Source of the DNA: Botryllus schlosseri
Lineage: Eukaryota
Length of the DNA: 64,000 bases
Direction: 5' to 3'
NCBI GenBank assembly: GCA_051294905.1
Contig: JBPPKV010000017.1
Span: 1,798,001 to 1,862,000 of the forward strand
Part shown: one piece after another, positions 13,150 through 25,877 of the stretch
Layout: each line of letters begins with the position of its first letter
Numbering within the stretch: the first letter of the stretch is position 1
Translations under genes and position numbers: made by a program
Notes under the pieces: generated by a model
Told to the model about the DNA's origin: nothing
Database searches by the model: none
What the model saw: only the letters and a program-made list of their open reading frames with translations

Positions 13150-14930
13150 CACGGCATCGATTTGATGGTCAACAAACCGATCAATGCAGTACAAATTGCG
13201 ATCACGTTTATTCAAAACGACACATAATAGATTACCAAAGACAATATACAAAAACGATGAATTGTCAGCACATGTAATTAGTGGCAAATGAATCAAATAC
13301 AAAGTAATTCCATTAATTCATGTATTACTGTCTTTTTATGAGTGAGTGTCTCATATTATTAGGTTCATCTTCCGATAGTGCATGGACATCTGAAGAGGCA
13401 TGGCACATAGATTTCTCATACATCAGGTGTGATGCCAGTTCCACTGTTTTCTTCAATTCCAATCCATGCCAAATTGATCAATGTGTCTTCTCTACAAAGG
13501 ACCCCACGGATGAACTTCCACCTTGGCAGCGCAAGAACCAATCGCCTTGTTAACTGTCACCGGTGCCCTCTTAGAATTTTTCGTCCGTCCGTCCGTAATA
13601 CAGAGCACAGCAGGGCGTTCCAATCTTGAAGTGATTGACTGCTGTAAATTTGCCTTTCAACTTCTCTCATTGCTTTATTCGTTCAATTATATATTTTCAA
13701 CTGCTTATGACACGCAATGTGCAATGCGATGTCATAAACGGTTGAAAGAATGACGATATGGCCAGCTACGGTCTCTTAATCCGATATTTATCGTGGGCTA
13801 GCGCTCAGTGCAACAATGTTTGTTCTCAATCTTTATCCGGCTATATTTTCTTTAATCTCTCTACCTTGTTCTTTTCATTTGATTCTTTGTACACGTCCTT
13901 CATCGGGTCTTTTTCTGGCGCTGATAAGCCAATTCTGATGCATGTAATCACAGCAGATGTTACGGGAGCGCCAATGGAATCTTATGACACTGTACTAGGA
14001 ACCATGGGCGGCTCAATTCATCAGCGCTACCTTGCTACTTTGTGTTACGACATTCAATATCATAATTGTATTGATTGCCAGTCTCATTTGGCTAGGCTGT
14101 TTTCAGCGAGGCATGATACAGCTTTGTGTGGTCCAAACAATGCAGTAAAGTCAATAAAAACTGTACTTGATATAATATTGATTGAAGTTCTGGAAAGCAA
14201 CATTGATAACCGAAACATATTTGTTATATCTGGTCCTACTTTCATGGAGTGTCTTTTGAATATATCGGAAATTGCTTCTCACAATCAACATTAGAAGGGT
14301 GAAAAACACGCAAACAATTCCTACGTCAGACGAGTCACATGATAATCCAAACTTCTTTGTCAGATCAAAATGAACCAACAGTAATTCTGCTCCCAAAATC
14401 TTCTTCAATTCTGCAAACGAATCTTGCCTATAGTCAACACCAAAATCACAGGATTCCCTTTCTTGTAAGAAGTCATCGCTGACAGATTGGGTAAAAATTT
14501 ACTGTAGAATTGTACCAGGCCAGGTAACGATTTGAAAACATTAGCAAGAGCCACCATTTTCAAACCTCTGGAACTACTAGCTTCAAGAGGAAAGTCTCTG
14601 ATGCCTAAGAGAAATGTACAAATTCGCACAACCGTCAACAAAATTCTTAGGTCTCAAATAAAATTTAGTTTCAACACTGCCTCCATTTTGAACCTTTGAA
14701 ACTACCGGCACTTGACAATCGTTATTTCAGACCTGTGTTTCAACTGACTATTGTGAAAATATGAGCTTTTGTCTCGGCATAAGAGACGTTTCTCGTGATG
14801 TGTCTTCAGCAATGCTGACCAGAATCTCATCCAGGAAAACTGCAACGCCTCTTGACTCAGCTGATTTATGATTTCCGTGAAATAACTTGGTGCTGAAGAG
14901 ATTCCAAACGGCATCTTCATTTGCAGCAAT
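13150..14930 (-). mobile_element. Decayed Gypsy pol (RT, RNase H, integrase)
   Basis: MPFGISSAPSYF, GLVQFYSKFLPNL, LVHFDLTKKFGLSCDSSDVGI, ADELSRP, HPW..RRHIDQFG, ITCADNSSF; many stops. Confidence 0.8.
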
Positions 14931-15659
14931 ACTAAACGAATTGTGCTAAGAGTAAGACATTTTAGACTATCATCGCTCTATTGAACTTGGTTATATGCAA
15001 CAGCATAGTCAATCTTCAAAAAGCAATATACACCGTCCTCATTGTGGAAAGAAAACGGTACTGCAGAGTATTTACAGACAATCCTTCAATCAACCAAACC
15101 GAAAATGCACCGGTGAAAGCCTCACAGCGCTTGGTCAATTCGGAAATGAACACTGGAAAGTGAGTTTACGACTCTGCTACCGTAAAGGAGGGTATCAATT
15201 GCAATATTCAGTATCTTTATTCCACTAGGGCCCATCAATTCTAATTAAGTACATTAGTAACAATAAATTGAAAATTGGATATTTCAGATGGATTATTTAC
15301 ATCTGCTAGTAAAATATTCATAGGTGTGAATACACCCAAAGTGTTCAGCTTATGCAATGATGTAGATTCAAGCTCAGCAGGTCTTCAGACATGCGCCAGT
15401 ATCCAGTATTCATTCACTGCTCAATTACTTTGATGTTGGATACGCTTGAGTATGCTTTACACCTTCAATACAACCACTCCTTCGAAAACCTTTCCTGTGA
15501 ACATATCCTGTTTTTGATATGGTGGTTGAGTATCACCCCTACTAATGTAGTGATGGCATAGAGCCCGTATATATTTGCATCCATGAGGTGAGCGTCAGCA
15601 CTTATCAGGAAGCTGTCTTTATTCCACATAGTATCCAAAAACTCCTGAAAGCCCATGTT

Positions 15660-16690
15660 TCTTTGTAGAAGAAGACTTGACTACGTTAGTTTGAAACAGG
15701 TGTTTCTTTTGCTTTTCAGTATGCACACTCCGTTCAGAAAGCTTGTTTTCCTAAATAGCACATAAATATAAATCGGTTCATCAAACAGAATTTTGATTGG
15801 CGAAAATCACAGGTGAGCACATCTTGCCTGATACGAGCAGCTAATTCCGGTATGCAGTAATAGCATATCGTCACACTATATATTAGCATCCATGAGGTAA
15901 GTGTCAACACTTATCACGAAGCTTTCTTTGTTCGGTTTATTAGCAATTTTTATCAGTTCAGTACACCACTTGAATTGTCATACAATGAAAAGATAGAAAC
16001 GTGTCGAAACGACTTGGTGTAGTCTTTGGAATCAGACACTCACCTTGGCCTAGCTAGGCGATGTATAGAGGAGACATGCACACTGAATGAAGAGTAAAAG
16101 AAGACAATATAGAAAAGCATGCAATAAAAATGGGGTGGCATGTCACGGGAAATCGAAAGGTCAGGTCTTGGTCCGGTAATCTTGAGTGAGGACTAGTATT
16201 CATTTAGTAGAAATTGCTTGTATTTCGACTTGAATGTGGACTTGCTCGTCGACTGTCAGATGGCCGGGCCAGGTCCGGCATATTTGATAGAGCGATGATC
16301 TTTCCGGTCGATCATATGATATTTGGACGATGTGGACGAGCGTGTGTTGTACTTGTGAGCTTTTCATTCCGGGGTAAAGAAGTCATTGAAATATTCAGGG
16401 CAATGACCGCAGTGGAACTGATACATAAAGTTGGCGCTTCATATCGACTTCATATCCAAAAACTCGACCATCGAAAGTCTGAACAGCTTGTTTACGTTTC
16501 TTCGTATAAGAAGACTTGACTGTTAGTTTGAAACAGGTGTTTCTTTTGCTTTTCAGTATACATACTCGTTTCAGAACAGCTCTATTTCGAAAATAACACA
16601 TAAATATACATCGGTTCATCCAACAGATTTTTGATTAACCAAAATCACAGCTGATCACGTCTTGCCTGATACAAGCAACTAATTCAGGTA
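15660..16690. repeat. Local duplication: about 200-bp block at 15665-15850 repeated at 16505-16690; shorter duplicate 15575-15625 / 15880-15930
   Basis: AAGAAGACTTGAC..GTTAGTTTGAAACAGGTGTTTCTTTTGCTTTTCAGTAT..ATCGGTTCATC..CTTGCCTGATAC seen twice. Confidence 0.75.
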
Positions 16691-19600
16691 TAGCCGCTCT
16701 TGGTTCACGGTTCATATCACAAATTGGTTCGGATCATAGTGCTCGGTCATGTAAAGGTCAATTCCATCCATGGAAATACTATTCATCTTTTCCGTATCGG
16801 CCTGCTCTGCATATATATTCTGCAATATTTCGTAGACCACCCGAGATTGATTTGTCAGGAATAAATGGGCCATTTTATCATCATCCATTCATGAATCAAT
16901 TGGCTTAGACCAGTTACCGGGGCAGTGTGGACCACATTGGAAGATGTCTTACACAGTCGCTCCAGCCATGCATTCAATATACCATTTGTTTCAAATCTTC
17001 ACCCTGCTGTTCCAATCGAACCTCTTCTCGAAATTGCTCAAATAACGTAGCTCTGATATGTATCACGAGATCCCTCAACCGTTGTCAACCACGTTCCATT
17101 TTGTTCCGTAAAACTACTCCTCTATCATATGCCCGGAGCAAACTATTCGACACGGTACAAATTGCTAACAAGCGTTTATTTGCAACACATAATAGATTAA
17201 CAAATGCAACAACATAGAAAAACAATCAACAGTGATAACAACAATGCGAGCCAAAACATGAATTCTTGCCTCACTTGTGTTTCTCGTCAGCTCAGTGATA
17301 CCAACAGACTTGGTGGCATTGGAGTGGGGATCCGATCTCTGCTTGAGACGATCGGCATTGATATCTCCCCTGAATTTAGACTAGAATTTAGCCTTTTGGA
17401 TGATGAATTTCCATATAATTGTTTCCAGTGTATAACCATTGCGGTTGTATTCCGAATAGTTTTTGTACGAAATTTCTCATAGAAATTGGGGGCCTGGATA
17501 TCTTCTAAGTTATAGCCTTTGTCCGATATGGAGGTTTATTCAGCTCACAAAATATACTGCAACCCGACAGACGATACAGATCCAAGAACCAATTAACTGA
17601 CCAGTAATACTGTCAACCGCACCGCCGACACAACCCAAAAGGCAAAACCAGCTCATGCTCTTCTCCGAATAGACAGCGTATGAACGATAGCGAACCCGAA
17701 TAGGGGGCGCAGGAGGGCTGCTACACCAACAACTATACATTGATCTACGGCTTATTTGAAAAGTACATTTCCGAGCTACCACTAAAGCGGAAATACTGTT
17801 CAGGGCAGTAAGAAGGGTTTCTAGTTTATCCCGATAAGATTACTACCATCTGACGTTAAAATGAATCAAGCTAATCGGTTCGTCTTTTGGGGATATTAGA
17901 CAAAAGTAAGGCGTTTTTTCCGGCCTTGTTGAGTTGAACATTAAAATAAGCTAAAAAGTGTTTGTTATCCACGGACAATAAATTAAGTATAAGCGTCCCC
18001 CACTCAGGCAGTGAAGGACAATTCAATCAACCTCCAGATAGAGGATATTACACTTTGATTCGTTTCTGTATCCTGAACGAATGCTACGAGATAATGAGCT
18101 TAGGTTTGCGATCAAAATTGTTCCACATTGCTACTCGTCCTCAATAATTCCATGTTCACGGATTCCACGGAATCGATCGACTACTATTCAGTCTGTTGTT
18201 GCTGTCTGCTTCAACGTCAACATCAGATATGTGAGCGAGACTGAGTAAAATTCGGTAAAAGCCGTTCAACAGACACCGAACCTCGGTGTGTACGAAGTAG
18301 GATTCAAATACTCCGTTATTTTCACTGCATAAAATGAACCACACTCTGTGGTGATTCTATCTGATGATAGGAAGGATCAATTTTGTGAAGTAACAATGCA
18401 CTTTTCCGGTATGCAGTTGATTGAATAACCAATGCCAAAGTGAATAGATTTTTCATATTTCACTGCATATTGTGCTGCTTCAGTATAGAGCAGCTGCATT
18501 ATAAGCCTATACCACCCCGTTTGCTATCAACGCCAGCGATAGACACCAGTGATGTATCCAGGGGGGTTTTAGGAGGTCGGAACCTCCCTTTTTCAAAATC
18601 CTAAAAATTGATGTCAAATATAGCCTCTAATATTTGCTAATTTATCAGTTTAACATATTCGTTTTTATGTATGAGAAGGCGAATATGGCGTCTTAATGTT
18701 ATTTAAGGGGACTAACACCCCTACAGAATATTGGAATTATGCGCCGAATTAGTCGAAAGGATAAACTAGGTCATTATAATTCGCTAATTCCATACGAAAT
18801 CTGTGCTTGTTCAGCTACATTTCAGCTGTGGCAGTTGCTGCCGTTCTCATCTTTCTTCCCTCGATTTCTCTCTCGCCTTGCTAAAACGAGAGACGCATTT
18901 TAGGAAAATCTAATCTAATTGGCCGACGCGATACGTAATTGCAAAGACGAAGTTGTCGGCAATTAACATCGCTCGCGAATTCGCTGCACCTGCTCGCCTT
19001 GAAATCCTAATTAAGAATTGCACGGCGCGTTGATTGATCAGCGAGACGCAGACACGACGACACCAGTACGACAATGCTATTCTCAAATCCACATTGTATT
19101 CGCGATTATTGGCGAGAAATGGCCTACGATTGACATTCACATTTCAAAATACAAGCCTAGCAATCCACGTTCCCGATTGTTAGGTGGCTTGCTGTCGTCC
19201 AAATACAGGCCTATGTTGTCGCTGAACGGGAGAATGAGTAGGCCTAGTAGTCAAGTTAACCTAATTATACCAGCTGACAAGTTTCTGTGTCGATCAAGTT
19301 ATTATCCCAGTATGTACTCTGTATTAATTGACTGACTTGCGTGCTTGCAATTAAGGTCTAATTATCTTCGCGTGTACTACACGCTCAGCCGTATGGCTAG
19401 TAAAGCCATAAAAAAGCAAACATTCGTGTACGACGTACACTGTTCACACTACACCTCTCTGTGGTGATCGCGATCGGCCTCGTTTACGCTACCGCCTTAT
19501 TCCGCGCTTGTTCGTCCGCTGCGATATTACCGACCGTGCGCATAATATCGTCAAAACTCAACAAAATCGCGCATCTCTGGTCGCGCTTGAAGACGGGCGG

Positions 19601-20174
19601 CGTTTGCCGGCTCATGACTAAATGTGAGCATTTACGAATTTCTTTCAATCATACCGTAAAAGAAACGCGATTTTCAGGCAATGTCTGTATCGTATTCGTT
19701 CATCTCCCACTCACCGCACATCTCCGCCACGGCGTGGAGATGAGTAATCGTAATGATGACGCCACAATAGCCAATTTCGTAACGCAAAACCCCTATTTTT
19801 TCGCGCTCTGGATACGCGCCTGATAGACACCATCGTATAACGATACTATCTCGATCACATTGACCAATTTCCAGCAACTAAGCCTGATCAATTTCCAGCA
19901 ACTAAGCCTGGAGTAAGTGTTTTGAACATGGGTGAGTGACGACTGTGAGGGAGACGAACGGTTTTTCTGGGGACCAAGACTTTACAGCGTAAAGGAATAA
20001 TATTGGGCATAGCCCACCAAATAGACAGAATACTCGTCGGAGATACGCTTGAGGATTACAACAATGGAAACACCGACTAAAATGACGGATATGAATATCA
20101 GTACGAAGAAACACCAAAAAAACAGCTACTCGAGCATCACCAAAAGAGAACATCTATAAGTAACCAAGACCGAA

Positions 20175-20961
20175 GTCCTTCATTTTGTGTACAAGACTTA
20201 ACTAAAAGAGAAGTCACCTCTTTTGTCGGGCGCACACAATTCCAATTTTGCATTTTATTATGGGATGCAGCATCATTGAAGAGCTACTCAGATTGGCAAG
20301 ACAGGACATCTATGCGCATTGCGCATATATGAACAATGGTCAATTGGACATATATAGCCTATATTGAAGGTATCAGCGAATATGCGGCAGTCTTCCCGGC
20401 TAGCTGGAATTTGTTGGCCGCACTAAATCATCTTGTTAGACGCACTTGTATAGTGCATCGGGATAGGAAGAATACTTTTAATGGTATTTAAGCGTACTTT
20501 AAGCTAGAAATCATGCAAAAGTGATACACATTTCAGACGAACTAGTTTCAGGCTAAGTAGTTGTGCCATAAATACATGTTAAAGTTTGGCGGGTCCCGGT
20601 GTGCCTCCCTTTAGTACCCTAAAGTCAAAATCCCTCTCGTTGAGAATTCCCACTAGCTTGGGAATCACTGTCCTGACATGTGTCAATAGTGCTTGACAGG
20701 AAGAGTCCAGAATAATCTATCTTGTCTGAACAATTATAAATCGAAGAGGGGTTCGTTGAATTGACACTCGGAGGCCAAGCGATCAAGCTCGAAAAGAGGT
20801 GGCAGTTTCAAGTGCCCCGAGGGAACAATTATAAAATAAAAAATATACAAATATTTGTGAGGAGAGTTTCTAAAAAGAAAACAGGCCTGATATACTTGTC
20901 TGACAAAAACGGCAGAGCAAATCAGGAAATGCCTGACTTGGATCGAAGACATAAACTGTGA
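20175..20961 (+). pseudogene. Broken inverted paralog of the CENP-C-type cupin region
   Basis: Reverse-complement homolog of 24040-24755; IEEGFVELTLGGQAIKLEKRWQFQVPRGNNYKIKN; 19-nt deletion removes the acceptor seen in the minus copy; upstream in-frame stops; divergent C-terminus. Confidence 0.65.
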
Positions 20962-21124
20962 AAAACGCAACTAGAAGGGCCACGAGGCAAAGAAATGCAG
21001 TGCCCCCCCCCACTAAAGAACGACATAGTAAACTATAATTATCGTTGATTAAGTCACTCTTAGTGCCAAGTAGCGTATAATTTCAGCCATCGACTTGAAT
21101 CATCAGAATTAATGCTTTATTCAG

Positions 21125-21500
21125 ATTCCAGTAACCCGAGTCCGCCATCAACTGGCTCTGGCAGGCTAGGGATGGAGCGTGGAAAAAGGCCCCTGTCACT
21201 ATCTTCTGGTGGGAGCGGGCCAGCGCCAAAGCGTCGTACACCACCAAAGTCCCAGACCAATGGCACCTGATTATGATGGTCAGTATTAGATAACACTGCT
21301 CAACAGCCAAATTGCTTCAGAGTATGAGGTCGCCACAAAATGGCTCTGGTTCAGACATGGGTCAGATGTCTATCAGGCAAAGAATGGGGTGCACGAGAAG
21401 ACCCATCTCATCATCGTCGTCTGAGGCAAGCAATCCTTCGCTCAAATGTCGTACAACTCAGAGCTTGCCTCTTGAATATGAAGGCTAATGTCAGTATTAG
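21125..21500 (+). pseudogene. Two degenerate plus-strand copies of cassette exon B
   Basis: ttattcag|ATTCCAGT...GGAAAAAGGCCCCTGTCA...GATG|gtcagt, 154 nt (frame broken, internal TGA) versus 144 nt in all minus-strand copies; second diverged copy at about 21345-21500. Confidence 0.7.
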
Positions 21501-23278
21501 ATTACACTAGTCAACATAATTGCTTCTAAAACGGTTGTGGGCAATCTTCATTATTTGGGGTCGCTATTCATGAATATCAACTTGGAATTTGTTGATTGGC
21601 TCTAGTTATCCAGATATGTCAAAACGTAATGACAATGAGCAGTTACACACTCACTATTGTACCGTACCGTCATTAACATGGTTGACATTAATATTCAGAT
21701 CAAAACCAGGAGCGCAAGAATGCAAAACCTATGCAGAACGGCATCAAGAGGCAATCTACAACTTGAGCATTGAAGTCGGAAGGTAAGCAAATACCCCTAC
21801 CATAAGAGCATGCCTCACAGGTATGCCTCATAACAAGTTACCATAAGGAGATCGAAACCCTTTGCACGACACAAGTCAAATGCGAAGACCCGACGGAAAT
21901 CCCGCAAAAGGAAGTATACGAATTACGAAATTCTGGTCAACGATTCCACCCAACCAAACACCGAGACTACTATGTAGGAGGAAATACGGCTAACTAAGCG
22001 AGACGTAAAAGCCTGCTTCAGTAATATTGATAGAGTGCTTGCATACAGAATCACAAATGAAGCATTTCTCACGGTTGCGAAAAAAAAATCCAGCCGGACT
22101 TATACCGCAAACATACTGCAGAAAAACAAATACAAACTCTGCAGCGCCGACGGGGATACGATGAAGCATATATATATGAAATGCATTGCTTACAAAAAAA
22201 ATTCACATTGTTAGTGCCGATGTCGAAGACCTCGTAAAAATGGACTTCAATGCTATCATGGAAGAAACGTACTACGCCTACGACGGACCGCACAAAATAA
22301 CGACGCTAAGTCAAGAACTGGATATTGGTAATGAATAAACAACTCAACATCAAAAATAGATAGGTGGCCCGTGAACAAATCACGGAGCTAATCAGTAGAG
22401 ATATCGCAAAACGCCTACAAGAGATGATGGACTGATCGCGAACGCAAGCGTTGTGTGACTTGTATATCACATTGTATATTGTGTGTGTCTCGGGCAGATG
22501 AAAATATAATCTGTAACCGGCAAAGGATCAACTATTCCGAACTCGTCCTTTCATGATTACAACGTAAATATCAGAAATATAACATGTGACAACTCTAGTA
22601 GCTCACAATATTGAAATCACACCCTCACAGCACCAAGATATGCTCCGATTGGAAATATCTCTCACATAATGCATACGGTCACGTGTGTTTTATTCAGTGC
22701 ACATATTTTTTGAAATAAAATCACAGAAGAAATTTTTCACGGTAGATAACATTATTCCATAAAATTGTTGAAATTTGAAATATTATTGACGTTGCGTCTA
22801 CTGTTTCAAAATGAGCAAATTTTGGTTTTAGGCGTTTTCTAAGCTCCTTAACAATTTTTTCACCGAGCCGAGTGAATTTGGAAAACAGTTGCTTGACCAA
22901 CCCTAATTAACACACACACACACTTCAGAGGGATAAATGAGCGTTAGACAGACTTGCACGCACTCCAGACATGATACCCGAGTTGTCGACCATAGTACAG
23001 AAAACAAACCTATGAATAGATAAGCAACTCCCGCCGTTACGCTTGGGCAGGCAGCATTATTGCTAAGCAATCTAAATGCAGCATCATTGGTACGGTAGCG
23101 GTATAGCTGATGACCCTAGCATTTAAAATTAATAAACCTGGCCTTAATCGACAACAGAAAGTAAAAATCTTGTCAGGACAATGGAACTACCTCGAAACAT
23201 TCCTTAACGTCTGAAAATCGGCATTGTTCTGAACAACTGCTTGACGATGATGTAAATATGTAAACACAGTCAAGGGAG

Positions 23279-23517
23279 GAGAGAGAGAGAGTTAGAAGTG
23301 GGGTATTCGTTTTCGACTGCACCATCGAGATGCGATACGACCGAAAAGCCACCTAGTCTGCACCCCCATCTTTTCTCATTCATGTTCTCCTTGGATGTTA
23401 AGTGCCAAATAGGATAGCCACCAGTTTTTGAGTTTTTCGTCAGACCTGGCCGGGGATCGAACCCACAACCTACCAATCAAGAAGCCGGACGCATCACCAT
23501 TACACTATCTTGCTCGG
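23279..23517 (-). mobile_element. tRNA-derived SINE, second copy
   Basis: A-box TAGTGTAATGG, B-box GGTTCGATCCC, (TC)n tail; colinear with 12697-12944. Confidence 0.8.
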
Positions 23518-23993
23518 TCAGATACCTTAGTGATACCTGCTACATCTCAGAGATACCCGAAAGACACAATCCCATGCTGACAGATAGTACCTTGCTCAAC
23601 TAGTGGTTATGCCGTACGTTCGCACTCTCCACAAAGGGATACTGCCCACTGTCTGATGAGCCAGACCTGATATACGCTCGGCACTCTTAACGGAAAGCTA
23701 CAACGAAATGTACCGCGTAATGCCATGTCCCAATCATACCCTAGGGATAAGCATCGCTGTACGCAGTGTTGAGCTGCTTGTAGGCCAGTGGAGAGCTCTA
23801 GATATACAAGTGCACGTACCATTGGATGAGCCCTGAAATTGACGTTCGCCGTGGATGCCGCGAAGAGTCATGTCGTTGTACTTCAGTGTGTTGGAATCTC
23901 GAGAGTGGTTTCCATTCTTGCTGCATCAAGTGGATGCGAATATCTTGTGGAGCTGGACCTGATTTCTTTCTGGCATTTCACACGGTTTCCGAA

Positions 23994-24155
23994 TTACGGC
24001 AATTGAAAGCAGGCAAAGAGCACGGCGCTCTTTGCTGTTAAATTTTTGATTTTATAATTGTTCCCTCGGGGGACTTGAAACTGGGATCCTTCTCCAAGCT
24101 TTATCTTTTGGCCCCCGAGGGTCAGTTCAACGGCTCCTTCTTCGATCAAATAGGC
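23994..24155 (-). CDS. CENPC: Terminal exon encoding a Mif2/CENP-C-type C-terminal cupin domain
   Basis: tttttacag| then AYLIEEGAVELTLGGQKIKLGEGSQFQVPRGNNYKIKNLTAKSAVLFACFQLP*; matches the recalled GxxFxVPxGNxYxIxN signature and the C-terminal position of the CENP-C_C domain; missed by the ORF track (53 codons, no ATG); identity from motif recall, not a database search. Confidence 0.65.
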   Translation of the reverse strand, partial: AYLIEEGAVELTLGGQKIKLGEGSQFQVPRGNNYKIKNLTAKSAVLFACFQLP

Positions 24156-24755
24156 CTGTAAAAAGATTATATTCGTTCAGACAATATTGATTACTTGGGA
24201 CTCAGGCGTAAACAAACACTAATAACACATGTCAGAACAGTGATACCCAACCTAGGAGTAATTCTCAACGGAGAATTCGACTTTAAGGCAGTAAAGTGAG
24301 GCACACCGGGACCTGCACAACTTGATATTTATTTATGGAACAACTACTGAGCCTGAAACTGGGCTGTCTGAAACATGCATTACTTTTGCGCTCGAAATAC
24401 GCTTAAATGCCATTCTTCCTCTCCTGGTTAGTGGTACAAGTGCGGCTAACAAGACGATTTAGTGCGGCCAACAAATTCCAGCAAACCGGGAAGACTGTCG
24501 ATTGTTCGCTGATACCTTTGATATAGGTTATGTCCAATTGTCCTTTGTTCATATAGGCGGTTAGGCGCATAACTGACAAGCGCTGAATAGTTCTGTCTTG
24601 GCAATCTGAGCACCCCTTAAATGCTATCCGGAGAGGGAAATGCTGCATCCCGTAAATAAATGCAAGCTTAGAATTGTGTGGTGTCTGCGTCCTACGAAAG
24701 AGGTAGCTCCTCTTTTAGGCTCGTCTTGTATACAAAATGAGCAAGGATACAGTCA
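24156..24755 (-). other. Upstream part of the cupin-like region: coding-like, exon/intron structure unresolved
   Basis: GPGVPHFTALKSNSPLRITPRLGITVLTCVIS differs from the 20.6-kb paralog largely at synonymous positions; in-frame stops shared by both copies and a frameshift suggest short introns or pseudogenisation. Confidence 0.4.
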
Positions 24756-25611
24756 GAAAAATATTTAGGGGGCAAATCTTTCAAGTGTCACAGGTCACTT
24801 TGGGCGGGTTCATTGTTGTTAATTACATCGTTAAAGCATGTTATTTAGTAACCTACTAGGTTTCGATTATATACACACGCGTTGACATTCAGCGTCCAAC
24901 GATATATGACCTGTCGGTTTCGAATTCCATCGAGGTCGTGTTTTCAAGTTTCGAAAATCAAGCAGATTTTTTTGGAAAGTTCGCCGGCGCCAGCTGGTTA
25001 ATAAAATCCAGAAATATAGTGACACTCAAATTTCACGAACAAGTTAACGGTCTTTTTCCCCCTGGCTAAACCAATAAAAATGAAATCATTCTAATGAATA
25101 TTCATTGCAATTTCTGATATTCCATTTCAAACAAAAGTTAGGAATTAGAAAAGCTGGGTTTTGCCATAGAGAGTGCCAACGTATTACTTGATCAGCGTGA
25201 TATCAATTGCCAAACTGCAATTGACCAAATAAATATTGGAGATAAAATCGGCAATTGAGCACGAATAGGTTTCGATTTTGAGTCCTAATCTCTCCCGCAT
25301 ACAGCACTGCACACGTACCTCCACAGCAGTCACATTCTGACTACGGTTCGCTACTAATTGTCTGTCGCCAATGGTAGCCAGAACGGGCCAGAGCGCCCTC
25401 AAACTGGCTCCAAGAAGCACAATCAAGAACCACTGCTTTAGGCAACATACAACGAGAAAAGAATTAACGTCAATACACTAGTTTTATTTTAAATATACTG
25501 TACACATTTCCACAAACGATTGTTCAGGTCATTCGGGTCAATAACTATTCCTGGCAGCTCAAGTAATCAAAAACCACGAGAGAGACGATAAATGGTACAG
25601 AAAAAACTCAC

Positions 25612-25877
25612 CGCTGTGCCCGGGCACGTCCTTTCGGGCTTTGTCACGTTTGGCCTGATGACCATTCGCCCTTGGACGACTCTGGATATGCCGGTTCTGG
25701 TTATATCAACGTTTTTCGACAGGAACACCCCCTTCGAAATTTCTTCTTGCTTCGGCTTGCCGGTCCCATGAACAACGACTCGTGAAAGCTCTGGTAAAGA
25801 ACAGGACTTGTAGCATACCAGAGTCTGCATGGCGGAAAACTTTTCAACGGTGAAAAGTCCATGCGATGCATTAAAGA
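25612..25877 (-). CDS. Candidate internal exon I (phase 1 to 0, 88 codons)
   Basis: ttattttttggccag| ... ACAGCG|gtgagt; only the phase-1 frame is open end to end (VFNASHG...RPNVTKPERTCPGTA); compatible with exon H2. Confidence 0.4.

Noticed and set aside
13758-14294. 178-aa ORF, the longest in the track
   Set aside because: Antisense shadow of the Gypsy RNase H remnant.
17540-17790. LPFGL on the minus strand suggesting a DIRS/retroelement RT
   Set aside because: Single motif, no YxDD at the expected distance, and several stops.
23610-23710. CTGATGAG...GAAA as a second hammerhead
   Set aside because: GAAA is not adjacent to the stem II closure, and no stem I/III pairing or UH site could be built.
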